Shown piece after piece: positions 28,289-38,474 of a stretch of 64,000 bases of DNA. The notes below the pieces were generated by a model. The model made no database searches, had not been told where the DNA came from, and was given only the letters and a program-made list of their open reading frames with translations. The position numbers and the translations under genes were made by a program. Origin of the DNA: Candidatus Multivoradales bacterium (lineage in GTDB: Bacteria; Acidobacteriota; Thermoanaerobaculia; Multivoradales; JAHEKO01); assembly GCA_965223855.1 (NCBI GenBank), contig CBDCXM010000009.1, forward strand, positions 1,312,001-1,376,000, written 5' to 3'. Position 1 is the stretch's first letter. Each line of letters starts with the position of its first letter.

Positions 28289-29634
28289 TGCCAGCCCGCG
28301 CTCATCTCTCGTCCCCGGGTACCGGCTGGAGTGTCATCGCCCTGCTGGCGACCCATGCCGGCCTGCTGTGGCTCCACGATCTGGCCGGTCGACCGTGGTG
28401 GACGCTCGTCCTGACGCTGACCGCATTCGCCGCCCTGGTGCCGCTGGCGCTGGGGGGGGCGAGGCGGCTCGGCGTGCCTCTCCTGCTCGGCCTCGCGGTG
28501 GTGCTGAGACTGCTGCTCGTGCCGCTGCCGCCGACTCTGTCGGACGACGTGCTGCGGTACCTGTGGGACGGCAAGGTGGTCACCAACGGTTCGAATCCCT
28601 ATGCCCTGGTTCCCGATGCCGTCGAACTCTCGGGGCTGCGCGACGAGCGGTGGGAGCGGATGCCCCATCGCGACGTCGAGGCGGTCTACCCGCCCTTCGC
28701 CCTCGGTCTGTTCAGTATAGCGGCGTCGGCTCCGCGACCCGAGATCGCGTGGAAGGTGCTGCTGGTCGCGGTCGAGCTCGTCGGTGCCGGGTTCTTTCTC
28801 GCCTGGGGGCGCCGGCGCGGCATCGGCGACGAGCGGCTCGCGCTCTATCTGTGGAATCCTCTGGTGACGCTGGAGGTGGCAGGGATGGGGCACGTCGACG
28901 GCGCGGGCGTCGCGCTCCTGATGATCGGAGTGTGGGCGCTCGATCGACGCCCGGTGGCCGCAGCCGTCGCTCTCGCCGGTGCCGTCCTGGTGAAGCTCGT
29001 TCCCCTGGCCCTGCTGCCGTTCTGGGCGCGCCGCGCTGCCCGCCGCCGGAGCTTCGTCCTCACCGTGGTACTCCTGCTCGCGGCCGTGCTGGTGCCGCTC
29101 TTCGCCAGCGTCGGTGGGGCGCCGCCCGGGTGGGTCCGCTTCGGCGTCTCGTGGGAGTTCAACGGCCCGCTGTACGAGCCGCTGTGGCGCGGGTTCGACC
29201 GGGTCGACGCCGATCTCCTGGTCAAGGGCGGCCTCGACCGGCTCAAGAGCGCCACCGGCCGGCACGAGTTCTGGAACCGCTTCTATCCCGGTGTCTACCC
29301 TCAGCTGCTCGCCAAGGGCGTGCTGGCGCTGGGACTGTGTTTCTGGCTGGCGCGTCTGTGGCGGGATCGTTCGGCATCGCTCGCCGCAGTGACCGGACGT
29401 AGCTTCGCCGCGGTCATCCTGTTCTCGGCGACGGTCTACCCGTGGTACCTGCTGTGGGTCCTGCCCTGGGCGGCGGCCGCGCTCCATCCGGGGTGGCTCC
29501 TGCTCACCGCGACGATCCAGTTGTCGTACCTGCCTCAGCACCTGGCCCTCCCGCTCTTCCCCTGGCTCTTCTCCGCGATCTGGATTCCGCCACTGGTGCT
29601 GTCATGGAGGAGGGGTGCATGGTCGATGCGCTGA
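28288..29634 (+). CDS. GT-C membrane glycosyltransferase (GT87/DUF2029-like)
   Basis: LSDDVLRYLWDG, NPY, AVYPP, WNPL..E..G.GHVD, WEFNGPLY and TVYPWYLLW motifs. Start uncertain: ORF is open from 28201, and the in-frame TTG at 28288 abuts the divergent GT2 ATG. Confidence 0.8.
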   Translation: MPARAHLSSPGTGWSVIALLATHAGLLWLHDLAGRPWWTLVLTLTAFAALVPLALGGARRLGVPLLLGLAVVLRLLLVPLPPTLSDDVLRYLWDGKVVTNGSNPYALVPDAVELSGLRDERWERMPHRDVEAVYPPFALGLFSIAASAPRPEIAWKVLLVAVELVGAGFFLAWGRRRGIGDERLALYLWNPLVTLEVAGMGHVDGAGVALLMIGVWALDRRPVAAAVALAGAVLVKLVPLALLPFWARRAARRRSFVLTVVLLLAAVLVPLFASVGGAPPGWVRFGVSWEFNGPLYEPLWRGFDRVDADLLVKGGLDRLKSATGRHEFWNRFYPGVYPQLLAKGVLALGLCFWLARLWRDRSASLAAVTGRSFAAVILFSATVYPWYLLWVLPWAAAALHPGWLLLTATIQLSYLPQHLALPLFPWLFSAIWIPPLVLSWRRGAWSMR

Positions 29635-30380
29635 CGATCGCCTACCGGGGCACCGACTACGCCGGTTGGCAGCGGCAGACCAACGCTCTCGCCGTGCAGC
29701 AGGTGGTCGAGGAGGCGCTGGAGACGGTTCTCGGGCATCGGATCACGATTCATGGAGCGGGGAGGACCGACGCCGGGGTCCACGCCCGCGGGCAGGTCGC
29801 GCATTTCGACAACGAGCGCGACTTTCCCTCCAGCGGGCTCGTGGCGGCGACGAATCGACACCTCCCGTCCGACATACGGATCCTGTCGGCGTGCCGGATG
29901 CCCGCTGGATTCCACGCCCGCAAGCACGCGGCGGCCAAGGAGTATCGCTACCGACTCGTGGCGGCGCAGGTCCTTTCGCCGCTCGACTCGTGGTTTGCCG
30001 TGCGCTGCGCTCCCGGGATCGACCACAGCGCGCTGGAGGCGGCGGCAGTACGACTCCGGGGGCGGCACGATTTCTCGGCCTTCGCTCTCGCCGGCGGTGC
30101 CCACAAGACGTCCGAACGCTCGATCTTCGAAGCCGAGTGGCGGCGACAGGGGGGCGAGCTTTGCTTCCGGGTGGTGGGAGACGGGTTTCTGCGAGGAATG
30201 GTCCGCAGCCTCGTCGGCACGATGCTCGAAGTCGGCACCGGGCGGCGCGACCTCGAGTCGTTTGCGGCGCTACTGGGCGGCGGGGAGCGTTCCGCTGCCG
30301 GGCCGACCGCGCCGCCGCAAGGTCTCGTCCTCTACGAGGTGCGCTACGACGAGCCGTGGCGACCGCTTGCCGTACAATAG
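29619..30380 (+). CDS. truA: tRNA pseudouridine(38-40) synthase
   Basis: YRGTDYAGWQRQ, GAGRTDAGVHARGQV, HDFSAF, GFLRGMVR and TAPPQGL motifs. Confidence 0.96.
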   Translation: MVDALTIAYRGTDYAGWQRQTNALAVQQVVEEALETVLGHRITIHGAGRTDAGVHARGQVAHFDNERDFPSSGLVAATNRHLPSDIRILSACRMPAGFHARKHAAAKEYRYRLVAAQVLSPLDSWFAVRCAPGIDHSALEAAAVRLRGRHDFSAFALAGGAHKTSERSIFEAEWRRQGGELCFRVVGDGFLRGMVRSLVGTMLEVGTGRRDLESFAALLGGGERSAAGPTAPPQGLVLYEVRYDEPWRPLAVQ

Positions 30381-30388
30381 CGCCCGCC

Positions 30389-31210
<822 letters not shown>

Positions 31211-31235
31211 TCCGAGTTCCGGCCGGTCGACCCGA

Positions 31236-32045
31236 ATGAAGCGACTCCTCACTGCCGCCGTGGGTGTGCCGCTGGTGCTGCTGGCGCTGTTCCGGCTGCC
31301 GCCGGTCGGCTTTTTCTGCGTCCTCGGAGCCGTCATCCTCCTGGCGGCGCTCGAGTACGGCCGCCTGACGCTGCCGGAGAGCCCGCTGTTGCGATGCCTG
31401 CTGCTGGCGCTGGTGCCGGTCGCCGCTGTCGCACTGCTCCCCGCCGGGACTTTGCCGGTGTCGCTGTCGCCGGCCTGGCTCGCCCTCGCACTCACTGCGG
31501 GGGTGGGGATCGCCGCGCTGGTCGCGAGGACCGCGGTCGAGCGTGGTCTCTCGGTCGTCGGTGCCCTCGCCTTCGGTGCTCTCTATCTGGGTCTGCCGCT
31601 GGCGGCGCTGGCCGAGCTCCAGCGGCGCTCTCCATGGCTCCTCTTTCTGCTGCTCGCGATCGTCTGGATCGGCGACAGCGCCGCCTACTACATCGGCACC
31701 CGGTTCGGCAGGCACCGTCTGGCACCCGTTCTGAGCCCGAAGAAGAGCTGGGAGGGAGCAGCGGCGGCCCTCGCCGCGAGTCTCGTCTCGGCGATCGTCT
31801 GGGCCTGGTGGCGCGAGGGAGCGGTCGACGGCGTTCTGGTGGCGCTCGCCGTCGCCACCTCGATCGCGGCCCAGCTCGGCGACCTCGTCGAGTCGATGCT
31901 GAAAAGGGGCGCCGGGGTGAAGGACTCGGGAACGCTGCTGCCGGGACACGGAGGCTTTCTCGACCGGCTCGATGCGATGCTCTTTGCGGCGCCGGTCTGG
32001 TGGCTCGCCCTCGACGCCTGGGGACGCCTGCCGGGAGCGCCGTGA
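31236..32045 (+). CDS. cdsA: Phosphatidate cytidylyltransferase
   Basis: DSAAYYIG, SPKKSWEG and GDLVESMLKRGAGVKDSGTLLPGHGGFLDRLD motifs. Confidence 0.95.
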   Translation: MKRLLTAAVGVPLVLLALFRLPPVGFFCVLGAVILLAALEYGRLTLPESPLLRCLLLALVPVAAVALLPAGTLPVSLSPAWLALALTAGVGIAALVARTAVERGLSVVGALAFGALYLGLPLAALAELQRRSPWLLFLLLAIVWIGDSAAYYIGTRFGRHRLAPVLSPKKSWEGAAAALAASLVSAIVWAWWREGAVDGVLVALAVATSIAAQLGDLVESMLKRGAGVKDSGTLLPGHGGFLDRLDAMLFAAPVWWLALDAWGRLPGAP

Positions 32046-33199
32046 TCTCGCTCGCGCTACTCGGCTCGACCGGGTCGATCGGCCGCAGCACCGTGGAAGT
32101 GCTGCGGCGATTTCCGGACCGGCTGCGGGTCGTCACCCTGGCGGCGCACGGCAGCGACCTGGATGCGCTGGAGGCACAGGCGCGAGAGTTCGCCCCGTCG
32201 CTGGTGGCGGTCCATGACGAGGAGAGCGCCGGCCAACTGGCCGGGCGGCTCCCGGGGGTCAAGGTCGTCGCCGGGCCGGAGGGGGTGATCGAAGCGGCGG
32301 TTCATCCGCAGGTGGATCGCGTGGTCGCGGCGATGGTCGGTGCTGCGGGACTGGCGCCGGCGTATGCGGCCGCAGAGGCCGGCAAGGACCTGGCGCTCGC
32401 CAACAAGGAGGCGTTGGTGGTCGGCGGCGAGGTCCTCAAGAGGGCCGCCCGGGAGAGCGGCGCGGCGATCGTGCCGATCGACAGTGAGCACGTGGCGCTC
32501 CATCAGGCGCTTCGGTGTGGTGAAGCGAGCGAGGTGCGGGGACTGACCCTGACCGCATCGGGGGGGCCGTTTCGTGCCCGCCCGGCGGGGGACTGGAGCG
32601 ACATCACTCCCGACGAGGCGCTGGCGCACCCGACCTGGGAGATGGGGCGCAAGATCTCGATCGATTCGGCGACGCTGATGAACAAGGGACTCGAGCTGAT
32701 CGAGGCGCATCATCTCTTCGACGTCGCCGCCGACGACATCTCGGTCGTCGTCCATGCCCAGTCGCAGATCCATTCGCTGGTCGAGTTCGTCGACGGCTCC
32801 TGGATCGCACAACTGTCGGTCAACGACATGGTCTTCTCGATTCAGTACGCGCTCGCGTTTCCCGAGCGGTGGGCGAACGACTTTCCGCGGCTCGATCTCG
32901 GCGCCCTCGGCCGGCTCGACTTCGAACCGCTCGACTCCGATCGCTTCCCGGCCGTGGAACTCGCTCGAACGGCCGCGCGCGCCGGCGGCAGTGCCGGCGC
33001 GGTCCTCAACGCCGCCAACGAGGTCGCGGTGCACGCCTTCCTGGCCGGTGAGCTGCCATATCCGGACATCGTCGGCACGGTTGCGGCCGTGCTCGACACT
33101 CACGAAGTCGCGCCGCTGGAGACTCTCGAGGACGCGCTAGACTGGGACGAATGGGGCCGGCGGCGGGCCCGCGAGCATCTCGCCGCCGCCCGGGCATAG
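32042..33199 (+). CDS. dxr: 1-deoxy-D-xylulose-5-phosphate reductoisomerase
   Basis: LLGSTGSIG, LANKE, PIDSEH, HPTWEMGRKISIDSATLMNKGLE and NAANE motifs; GTG overlaps the cdsA stop. Confidence 0.96.
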   Translation: MISLALLGSTGSIGRSTVEVLRRFPDRLRVVTLAAHGSDLDALEAQAREFAPSLVAVHDEESAGQLAGRLPGVKVVAGPEGVIEAAVHPQVDRVVAAMVGAAGLAPAYAAAEAGKDLALANKEALVVGGEVLKRAARESGAAIVPIDSEHVALHQALRCGEASEVRGLTLTASGGPFRARPAGDWSDITPDEALAHPTWEMGRKISIDSATLMNKGLELIEAHHLFDVAADDISVVVHAQSQIHSLVEFVDGSWIAQLSVNDMVFSIQYALAFPERWANDFPRLDLGALGRLDFEPLDSDRFPAVELARTAARAGGSAGAVLNAANEVAVHAFLAGELPYPDIVGTVAAVLDTHEVAPLETLEDALDWDEWGRRRAREHLAAARA

Positions 33200-33294
33200 C
33201 GCTTGCACGCCCGAGGGGACCGGTGGCCCGGAGAGGATCCACCGCTCCCCGCTGTGTCGCCCGCTGAACCGATTTTCCGACGAGACCGGATTTC

Positions 33295-34611
33295 ATGATG
33301 GATCTGCTGACCAACACCGCCGCCTTCATCTTCGCCCTCGGCGTCATCATCTTCGTCCACGAGGCGGGGCATCTGCTGATGGGCAAGGCATTCGACATGC
33401 GCGTTCTCTCGTTCTCGCTCGGTTTCGGCAAGCGTCTCTTCGGCTTCCGCCGGGGCGAGACGGACTACAAGGTGTCGCTCGTCCCGCTGGGCGGGTACGT
33501 CGCCTTCGCCGGCGAGCAGCCGGGCGAAGAGGGGGACGATCCCCGCGACTTCCAGAACCAGCCGCGCTGGCAGCGGATTCTGGTGTTCCTGGCCGGGCCG
33601 GCGATGAACATCGTGCTCGCGATTCTCCTGATCGCCTTCGTCTTCATGGTCGGCGTCCAGGTGTCGGCGCTCCCCGACGTGCCGGCGGTGGTCGGAACGA
33701 TCGTCCCGGGTTCGGCCGCGGAGCAGGCGGGGCTGCAGGTTGGCGACGAGGTGCTGGAGATCGCCGGCGACGAGGTGGAGAACTGGGACGACGTGCAGTT
33801 CGCTCTCGTCACCTCCCCCGACCGCGACGTTCCGGTCACAGTGCGGCGTGCGGGCTCTGCGGTCGATCTCGTGGTGCGGCCGCACAAGGTGCCGAAGTAC
33901 GAGTTCGGCGATGCCGGGGTGCTGCCGAAGATGCTGCCGACGATCAGCTCGGTCGGCAACGACTCACCGGCGGCGGCGGCGGGCTTCCAGCCGGGCGACG
34001 AGGTGCGCGGCGTCGACGGTCGCGGCATCGGTAGCGGCAACGACCTCGTCGAATACATCAGCGCCAGGGCCGGCCAGTCGATCGACGTCGAGGTAGCGAG
34101 AGGCGACGAACTCCTCACGCTGGCGGTCGTGCCGAAGGACGAAGGCGGCAACGGCAGGATCGGTGTCGGTCTCTCCTATTTCCAGCGCTTCCCGCCCGGA
34201 GAGGCCCTCGCCCAGAGCGTCCGCTTCAACTGGCAGATCACGCAGCAGACCTTCCGCGTGCTCGGCAAGATCGTCACCGGCCAGCTGGCGGCCAAGAGCG
34301 CACTTTCGGGCCCGCTCGAGATTGCCGCCATGAGCGGTGCCGCGGTGAGGGCGAGCTTCGTCAGTCTGCTTCAGCTCATGGGGCTGATCAGCATCTCGAT
34401 CGCGATCCTCAATCTGCTCCCGATCCCGGTGCTCGACGGCGGCCAGATCGTGATCCTCCTGATCGAGTCGCTGAGGCGCAAGGACCTGTCCCTGAGGGTC
34501 AAGGAACGGATCCAGCAGGTCGGCTTCGTGCTGATCCTCATGCTGATGGGTCTGGTGCTATATTTTGACGTCGTCAAGAACATCCCGTCCGGGCTCTTCT
34601 CGGGCTCGTAA
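33295..34611 (+). CDS. rseP: RIP metalloprotease RseP (site-2 protease with two PDZ domains)
   Basis: HEAGH, PLGGYV, AGPAMN and NLLPIPVLDGG motifs. Confidence 0.95.
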   Translation: MMDLLTNTAAFIFALGVIIFVHEAGHLLMGKAFDMRVLSFSLGFGKRLFGFRRGETDYKVSLVPLGGYVAFAGEQPGEEGDDPRDFQNQPRWQRILVFLAGPAMNIVLAILLIAFVFMVGVQVSALPDVPAVVGTIVPGSAAEQAGLQVGDEVLEIAGDEVENWDDVQFALVTSPDRDVPVTVRRAGSAVDLVVRPHKVPKYEFGDAGVLPKMLPTISSVGNDSPAAAAGFQPGDEVRGVDGRGIGSGNDLVEYISARAGQSIDVEVARGDELLTLAVVPKDEGGNGRIGVGLSYFQRFPPGEALAQSVRFNWQITQQTFRVLGKIVTGQLAAKSALSGPLEIAAMSGAAVRASFVSLLQLMGLISISIAILNLLPIPVLDGGQIVILLIESLRRKDLSLRVKERIQQVGFVLILMLMGLVLYFDVVKNIPSGLFSGS

Positions 34612-34632
34612 ATCGCAGCGCAGGGGGCAGGT

Positions 34633-35155
34633 ATGGCTCGAGCTTTGGCCGTCGGAGACGAGGCTCCGAACTTCGATCTCACATCGACCGAGGACGTCGT
34701 GCTGATGCTGCGCGACGAGGTGGCACGCACGGCGGTGGTGCTCTATTTCTTTGCCGACGTCGAGGGAGATCGGGTGCGCGACGATCTGCTCGCCTTCGCC
34801 AGGAGCTGGGAAGACCTGGTGACGGCCGACACCCGGGTGCTCGGCGTCTCGCCGGCCAAGCTTCCCGCGCTCAAGGAGTTGCAGAAGGAGCTGCATCTGC
34901 CGTTCCCGCTGCTGACCGACGATCGCGGCTTCTCGGCCTCCTACGGTCTGGAGCCGGCACAGGACGATGCAGGCGCCCGAGCCGGTGCTCGCCGTGGTCG
35001 ATCGGCGGCAGGAGCTGCTGGCACTCGATCGTCTGCACGGCTCCGTGGCGGACGCGCTCGGCGACCTGATGAAGGTGATCAAGGGGCTGCCGTCGCCTTC
35101 TGCCGGTCTCCCCCGCAAGGTGGTCAACCGGCTGGTCGATCGCTGGGTCAACTGA
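34633..35155 (+). CDS. Peroxiredoxin (Bcp/AhpC-TSA)-fold redoxin lacking Cys, split by a +1 frameshift near 34970
   Basis: VGDEAPNFDL, VVLYFF, VLGVSP and LPFPLLTD in the 34633 frame; PEPVLAVVD...C-terminus in the 34967 frame. Confidence 0.7.
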
Positions 35156-35242
35156 AGCAGTTCGGTTGCGTCGGGCGCCGGAGCCGATACCGGTCCCGCG
35201 GGCAGGGCCGCGGCCCTCTCCGAAGCGGGTAGACTGCGCAGC

Positions 35243-35995
35243 GTGAAACGGCGTCTCTTGAGGTGGTTGGGATGGTGCGCCTACGGCGTGGCGATGCTGG
35301 TGCTCTTCGCCGGCGCCGGCTATCTGTCGTTCAGCCGTTTCGTGCGCAGCGGCGGCACCGAGGTGCCGGACCTCGTCGGTCGCTCCGAGGCTCAGCTCGA
35401 CGCGGTGACCGCCGGCCAGGGGCTCGAATGGGAGCTGCGCACCGGTAGCGGCCGCTACGACGAGCTCATTCCGGCCGGGCACGTCCTGACCCAGCGCCCG
35501 CCGGCCGGCAGCCTCGTCAAACGCGGGGCGACGGTGAAGGTCGAGCTGTCGCTCGGCCCGCAGAGGATGCGAGTGCCCGACGTTCGCGGCAGGGCGCTGC
35601 AGGCGGCTCAGGTCACGCTCGCGGCGGCCGGCCTCGGAGTCGGCAGGACGCTCGGCATCCACACCTTCGAGACCAAGGCGGGCACGGTGCACGAGCAGAA
35701 CCCTCCAGCCGACGACAGGGTCGGCATGGCGGGGGAGGTCGATCTCTATCTGTCGACGTCGAGTCGCGGCGCCACCTTCCTGATGCCCGACCTGGTCTAT
35801 CGCGACTACGAGACGGTGCGCGCCTTCTTCGAGCGCCGCGGATTCCGGCTGGGGAGCGTGAAGTTCGAACCGTACGAGAGCCTGGAGAGCGGTATCGTCC
35901 TGCGCCAGTTCCCGCTGGCCGGGCATCCGCTCCGTCGGCAGGACGTCATCTCGCTGGTGGTGGTGAGTCCACCGGTGGACGGGAGGCGCGGTTGA
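35243..35995 (+). CDS. Membrane-anchored PASTA-domain protein (3 PASTA repeats)
   Basis: N-terminal TM; VPDLVG..., VPDVRG... and MPDLV... repeats, each with V..Q.P.AG. Confidence 0.88.
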   Translation: MKRRLLRWLGWCAYGVAMLVLFAGAGYLSFSRFVRSGGTEVPDLVGRSEAQLDAVTAGQGLEWELRTGSGRYDELIPAGHVLTQRPPAGSLVKRGATVKVELSLGPQRMRVPDVRGRALQAAQVTLAAAGLGVGRTLGIHTFETKAGTVHEQNPPADDRVGMAGEVDLYLSTSSRGATFLMPDLVYRDYETVRAFFERRGFRLGSVKFEPYESLESGIVLRQFPLAGHPLRRQDVISLVVVSPPVDGRRG

Positions 35996-36654
35996 AGATC
36001 GCACCGTCCATCCTGGCGGCCGATCTCGCAGATCTGGTGTCCGCTCTGGAGGTCTGCGACGAAGGCGGCGCGGACTACGTTCACGTCGATGTGATGGACG
36101 GGCACTTCGTGCCGAACCTGACCTTCGGCGCTCCGGTCGCTCAGGCGCTGGCGCGCCACACTGGCGTGCCTCTCGACATCCATCTGATGGTGTCGAACCC
36201 GGGTGCTCTGCTCGACGACTATCTGGCGGCGCAGCCGGCCATGGTGTCGGTCCACTGGGAGGCGGCAACTCATCTCGATCGACTGCTGGAGCGGATCCGC
36301 GCCGGCGGTGCCCAGGCCGGTGTCGTTCTGAACCCGGCGACGCCGGTCGAGCTGTTGGCAGACATCTTGCCTGCAATCGACTTCGTGTTGCTGATGTCCG
36401 TCAATCCCGGATTCGCCGGCCAGGCGTTCGTCCCGTACGTGCTCGACAAGGCGAAGCGCCTGCGCAAGCTCGCCTTGGAGGCGGGGCGCGAGCTGGTGAT
36501 CGAGATCGACGGCGGCGTCAAGCGAGGCAATATCCGGGAGGTGGCCCGAGCCGGTATCGACATCGCCGTGGCCGGATCGGCGATCTTCGCCGCCGGCGAT
36601 CCCGTGGCGGAGATCGGTCACCTGCGCCGGGCGGCACGCGGGGAGGATTCGTGA
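35992..36654 (+). CDS. rpe: Ribulose-phosphate 3-epimerase
   Basis: IAPSILAAD, HVDVMDGHFVPNLTFG, MSVNPGFAGQ and EIDGG motifs. Confidence 0.97.
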   Translation: MKIAPSILAADLADLVSALEVCDEGGADYVHVDVMDGHFVPNLTFGAPVAQALARHTGVPLDIHLMVSNPGALLDDYLAAQPAMVSVHWEAATHLDRLLERIRAGGAQAGVVLNPATPVELLADILPAIDFVLLMSVNPGFAGQAFVPYVLDKAKRLRKLALEAGRELVIEIDGGVKRGNIREVARAGIDIAVAGSAIFAAGDPVAEIGHLRRAARGEDS

Positions 36655-37427
36655 TGCGAGAGTCGATTCGCTTCGGTATCGGGCGACTGCTGATGTTGGC
36701 CACTTGCCTTTCTCTGGCGGTGGCATGCGGAGGGGGCGGTCGGGAGGACCCGATCCTGAGGCTCTCCTCCGAGGAGGCGTTCACCGAAGGGCAGCGCCTG
36801 ATGGCGGACGAGAAGTATCTCCAGGCGCGCGAACACTTCGCACACGCCTTTCAGACCGCACCCAACTCGGAAGTCGGGCGCGACGCTCTGCTGTTGCAGG
36901 CCGACGCCTTCTTTCTCGAAGGGGGCGAGGTGAACCTCGTGCGGGCAGAGGCCAAGTACCGCGACTTCAACAACCGCTATCCGATCAGCGACAAAGCGGC
37001 GTACGTGCAGCACCAGGTGGCGAAGAGTCTGGCGCTGAGGATGCGCAAGGCCGATCGCGATCAGTCGGAGACCCGCGATGCGATCGCAGCGTTCGAGGAG
37101 TTGATCAGCCTCTATCCGACGAGCGAGCACGTCGCCGGAGCGGAGGAGGAGATCGCTCGCCTGCGCTCCAACCTGGCACGCCACGAATACCTGGTGGCGC
37201 GCTACCAGCTGCGGCGTGGGCTGGCGGGCGCTGCCAAGGCCCGCCTCACGGGCCTGCTCGAGGAGTACCCTGACTACGAGGATCTCGATCTCGCCCTCTG
37301 GAGCCTCGGCCTCGCCCATCACAAGCTCGACGAGGCCGACGAGGCGGCAACCGTGTTTGCCCGGCTGCGCGCCGAGCACCCTGAGAGCGAATACCTGAGC
37401 AAGATCCCCTCGGAGTACCGAGGATGA
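36651..37427 (+). CDS. bamD: Outer membrane protein assembly lipoprotein BamD
   Basis: Lipobox AVAC; TPR repeats; DRDQSET..AI..F..LI..YP.S; LARHEYLVARY. Confidence 0.88.
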   Translation: MMRESIRFGIGRLLMLATCLSLAVACGGGGREDPILRLSSEEAFTEGQRLMADEKYLQAREHFAHAFQTAPNSEVGRDALLLQADAFFLEGGEVNLVRAEAKYRDFNNRYPISDKAAYVQHQVAKSLALRMRKADRDQSETRDAIAAFEELISLYPTSEHVAGAEEEIARLRSNLARHEYLVARYQLRRGLAGAAKARLTGLLEEYPDYEDLDLALWSLGLAHHKLDEADEAATVFARLRAEHPESEYLSKIPSEYRG

Positions 37428-38332
37428 GGGGTGTGCGGGCACTGTCGTCGGTCGTGCTCGCGAGCACGCTGCTCGGCGGCTGCTCGTCGCTGCCGTTGCG
37501 CTCGGAGCGTGACTCCACGCCACCGGAGAGGACGGCGCCGCGGGAGTCTGAACTCGAGACGAGGGTGCTCGAACTGCGACGGCAGGCCGCCATGGCGGAG
37601 GCGGAGATCCGCATGCTCCGCCGGCAGCTCGCAGCCCTGACGGTCGAGGTGGAGCGGCTGGCTGCAGGAGAGCGGGAGACCGCCGCTCGCGGCACCTCGC
37701 CCGCCCCGTTCTCCGGTCGCGCGGACGAGGTGGAACAGCGCGGCTCCCTCCCGGCCATCGAACAGTCCGACCTCGATCCGGTCCCGGCCACGCCGCCCGA
37801 CTACGCGACGCCGGAGGCTCAGGTGGTCGACGTGGGGCCCGATACGCCCGGCCAGGGTACCGCCGCCGCGAGAGAGCAGGACCCGGAATCCTGGGTCGCC
37901 GTCACCCCGGAAGACGCCGCGCCTGCTTCCCCTCCCAGGGCGTCCGCCCCGGTGTCGATGGCGGGCCAGTCGGTCTACGACCGTGGCTACACCCTCTACC
38001 ATCAGGGGCGCTACGAGGACGCCGAGAAGAGCTTCGAGCGTTTTCTGGCCGAGCACGGCAACACCGACCTCGCCGACAACGCCCAGTTCTGGATCGGCGA
38101 GAGCCGATTCGCGCGGCAGGACTACAGCGGAGCGCGGCTGGCGTTTCAGGAGGTTCTCGACCGCTACCCCGAGGGCAACAAGGGTGCCGACGCGGTTTTC
38201 AAGCTCGGCGAATGCCTGCTGCGGCTGGGGGACCCGGCGGCGGCCCGGCGTCAGTTCGAGGAGGTGCTGACCCGGTACCCCGGTTCGGCTGCTTCGGTGA
38301 TGGCGGAGGAGCGGCTCGCCGAGCTTCGTTGA
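37424..38332 (+). CDS. cpoB: CpoB/YbgF-like coiled-coil + TPR lipoprotein
   Basis: Lipobox LGGC; coiled coil; LADNAQFWIGE and YPEGNKGADAVFKLG motifs. Confidence 0.85.
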   Translation: MRGVRALSSVVLASTLLGGCSSLPLRSERDSTPPERTAPRESELETRVLELRRQAAMAEAEIRMLRRQLAALTVEVERLAAGERETAARGTSPAPFSGRADEVEQRGSLPAIEQSDLDPVPATPPDYATPEAQVVDVGPDTPGQGTAAAREQDPESWVAVTPEDAAPASPPRASAPVSMAGQSVYDRGYTLYHQGRYEDAEKSFERFLAEHGNTDLADNAQFWIGESRFARQDYSGARLAFQEVLDRYPEGNKGADAVFKLGECLLRLGDPAAARRQFEEVLTRYPGSAASVMAEERLAELR

Positions 38333-38411
38333 GGCCGGGTGGTCGTCTGGCGCGCGACGGGCGCCTCGGGTCAATCCTTCAAGCTTCACTTGAGGGGTTG
38401 CTGCCTAAAGC

Positions 38412-38468
38412 TTGACTCCGAAAGGGTTGGGTTGTACCTTGCACGCCTCAACCTTGGTGTAGTACGTT
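38412..38468 (+). promoter_or_regulatory. Tandem sigma70-like promoters upstream of the LysM gene
   Basis: TTGACT-N17-TACCTT (38412-38440) and TTGCAC-N18-TACGTT (38439-38468); the second is 6 nt from the ATG. Confidence 0.55.
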
Positions 38469-38474
38469 GCGATC

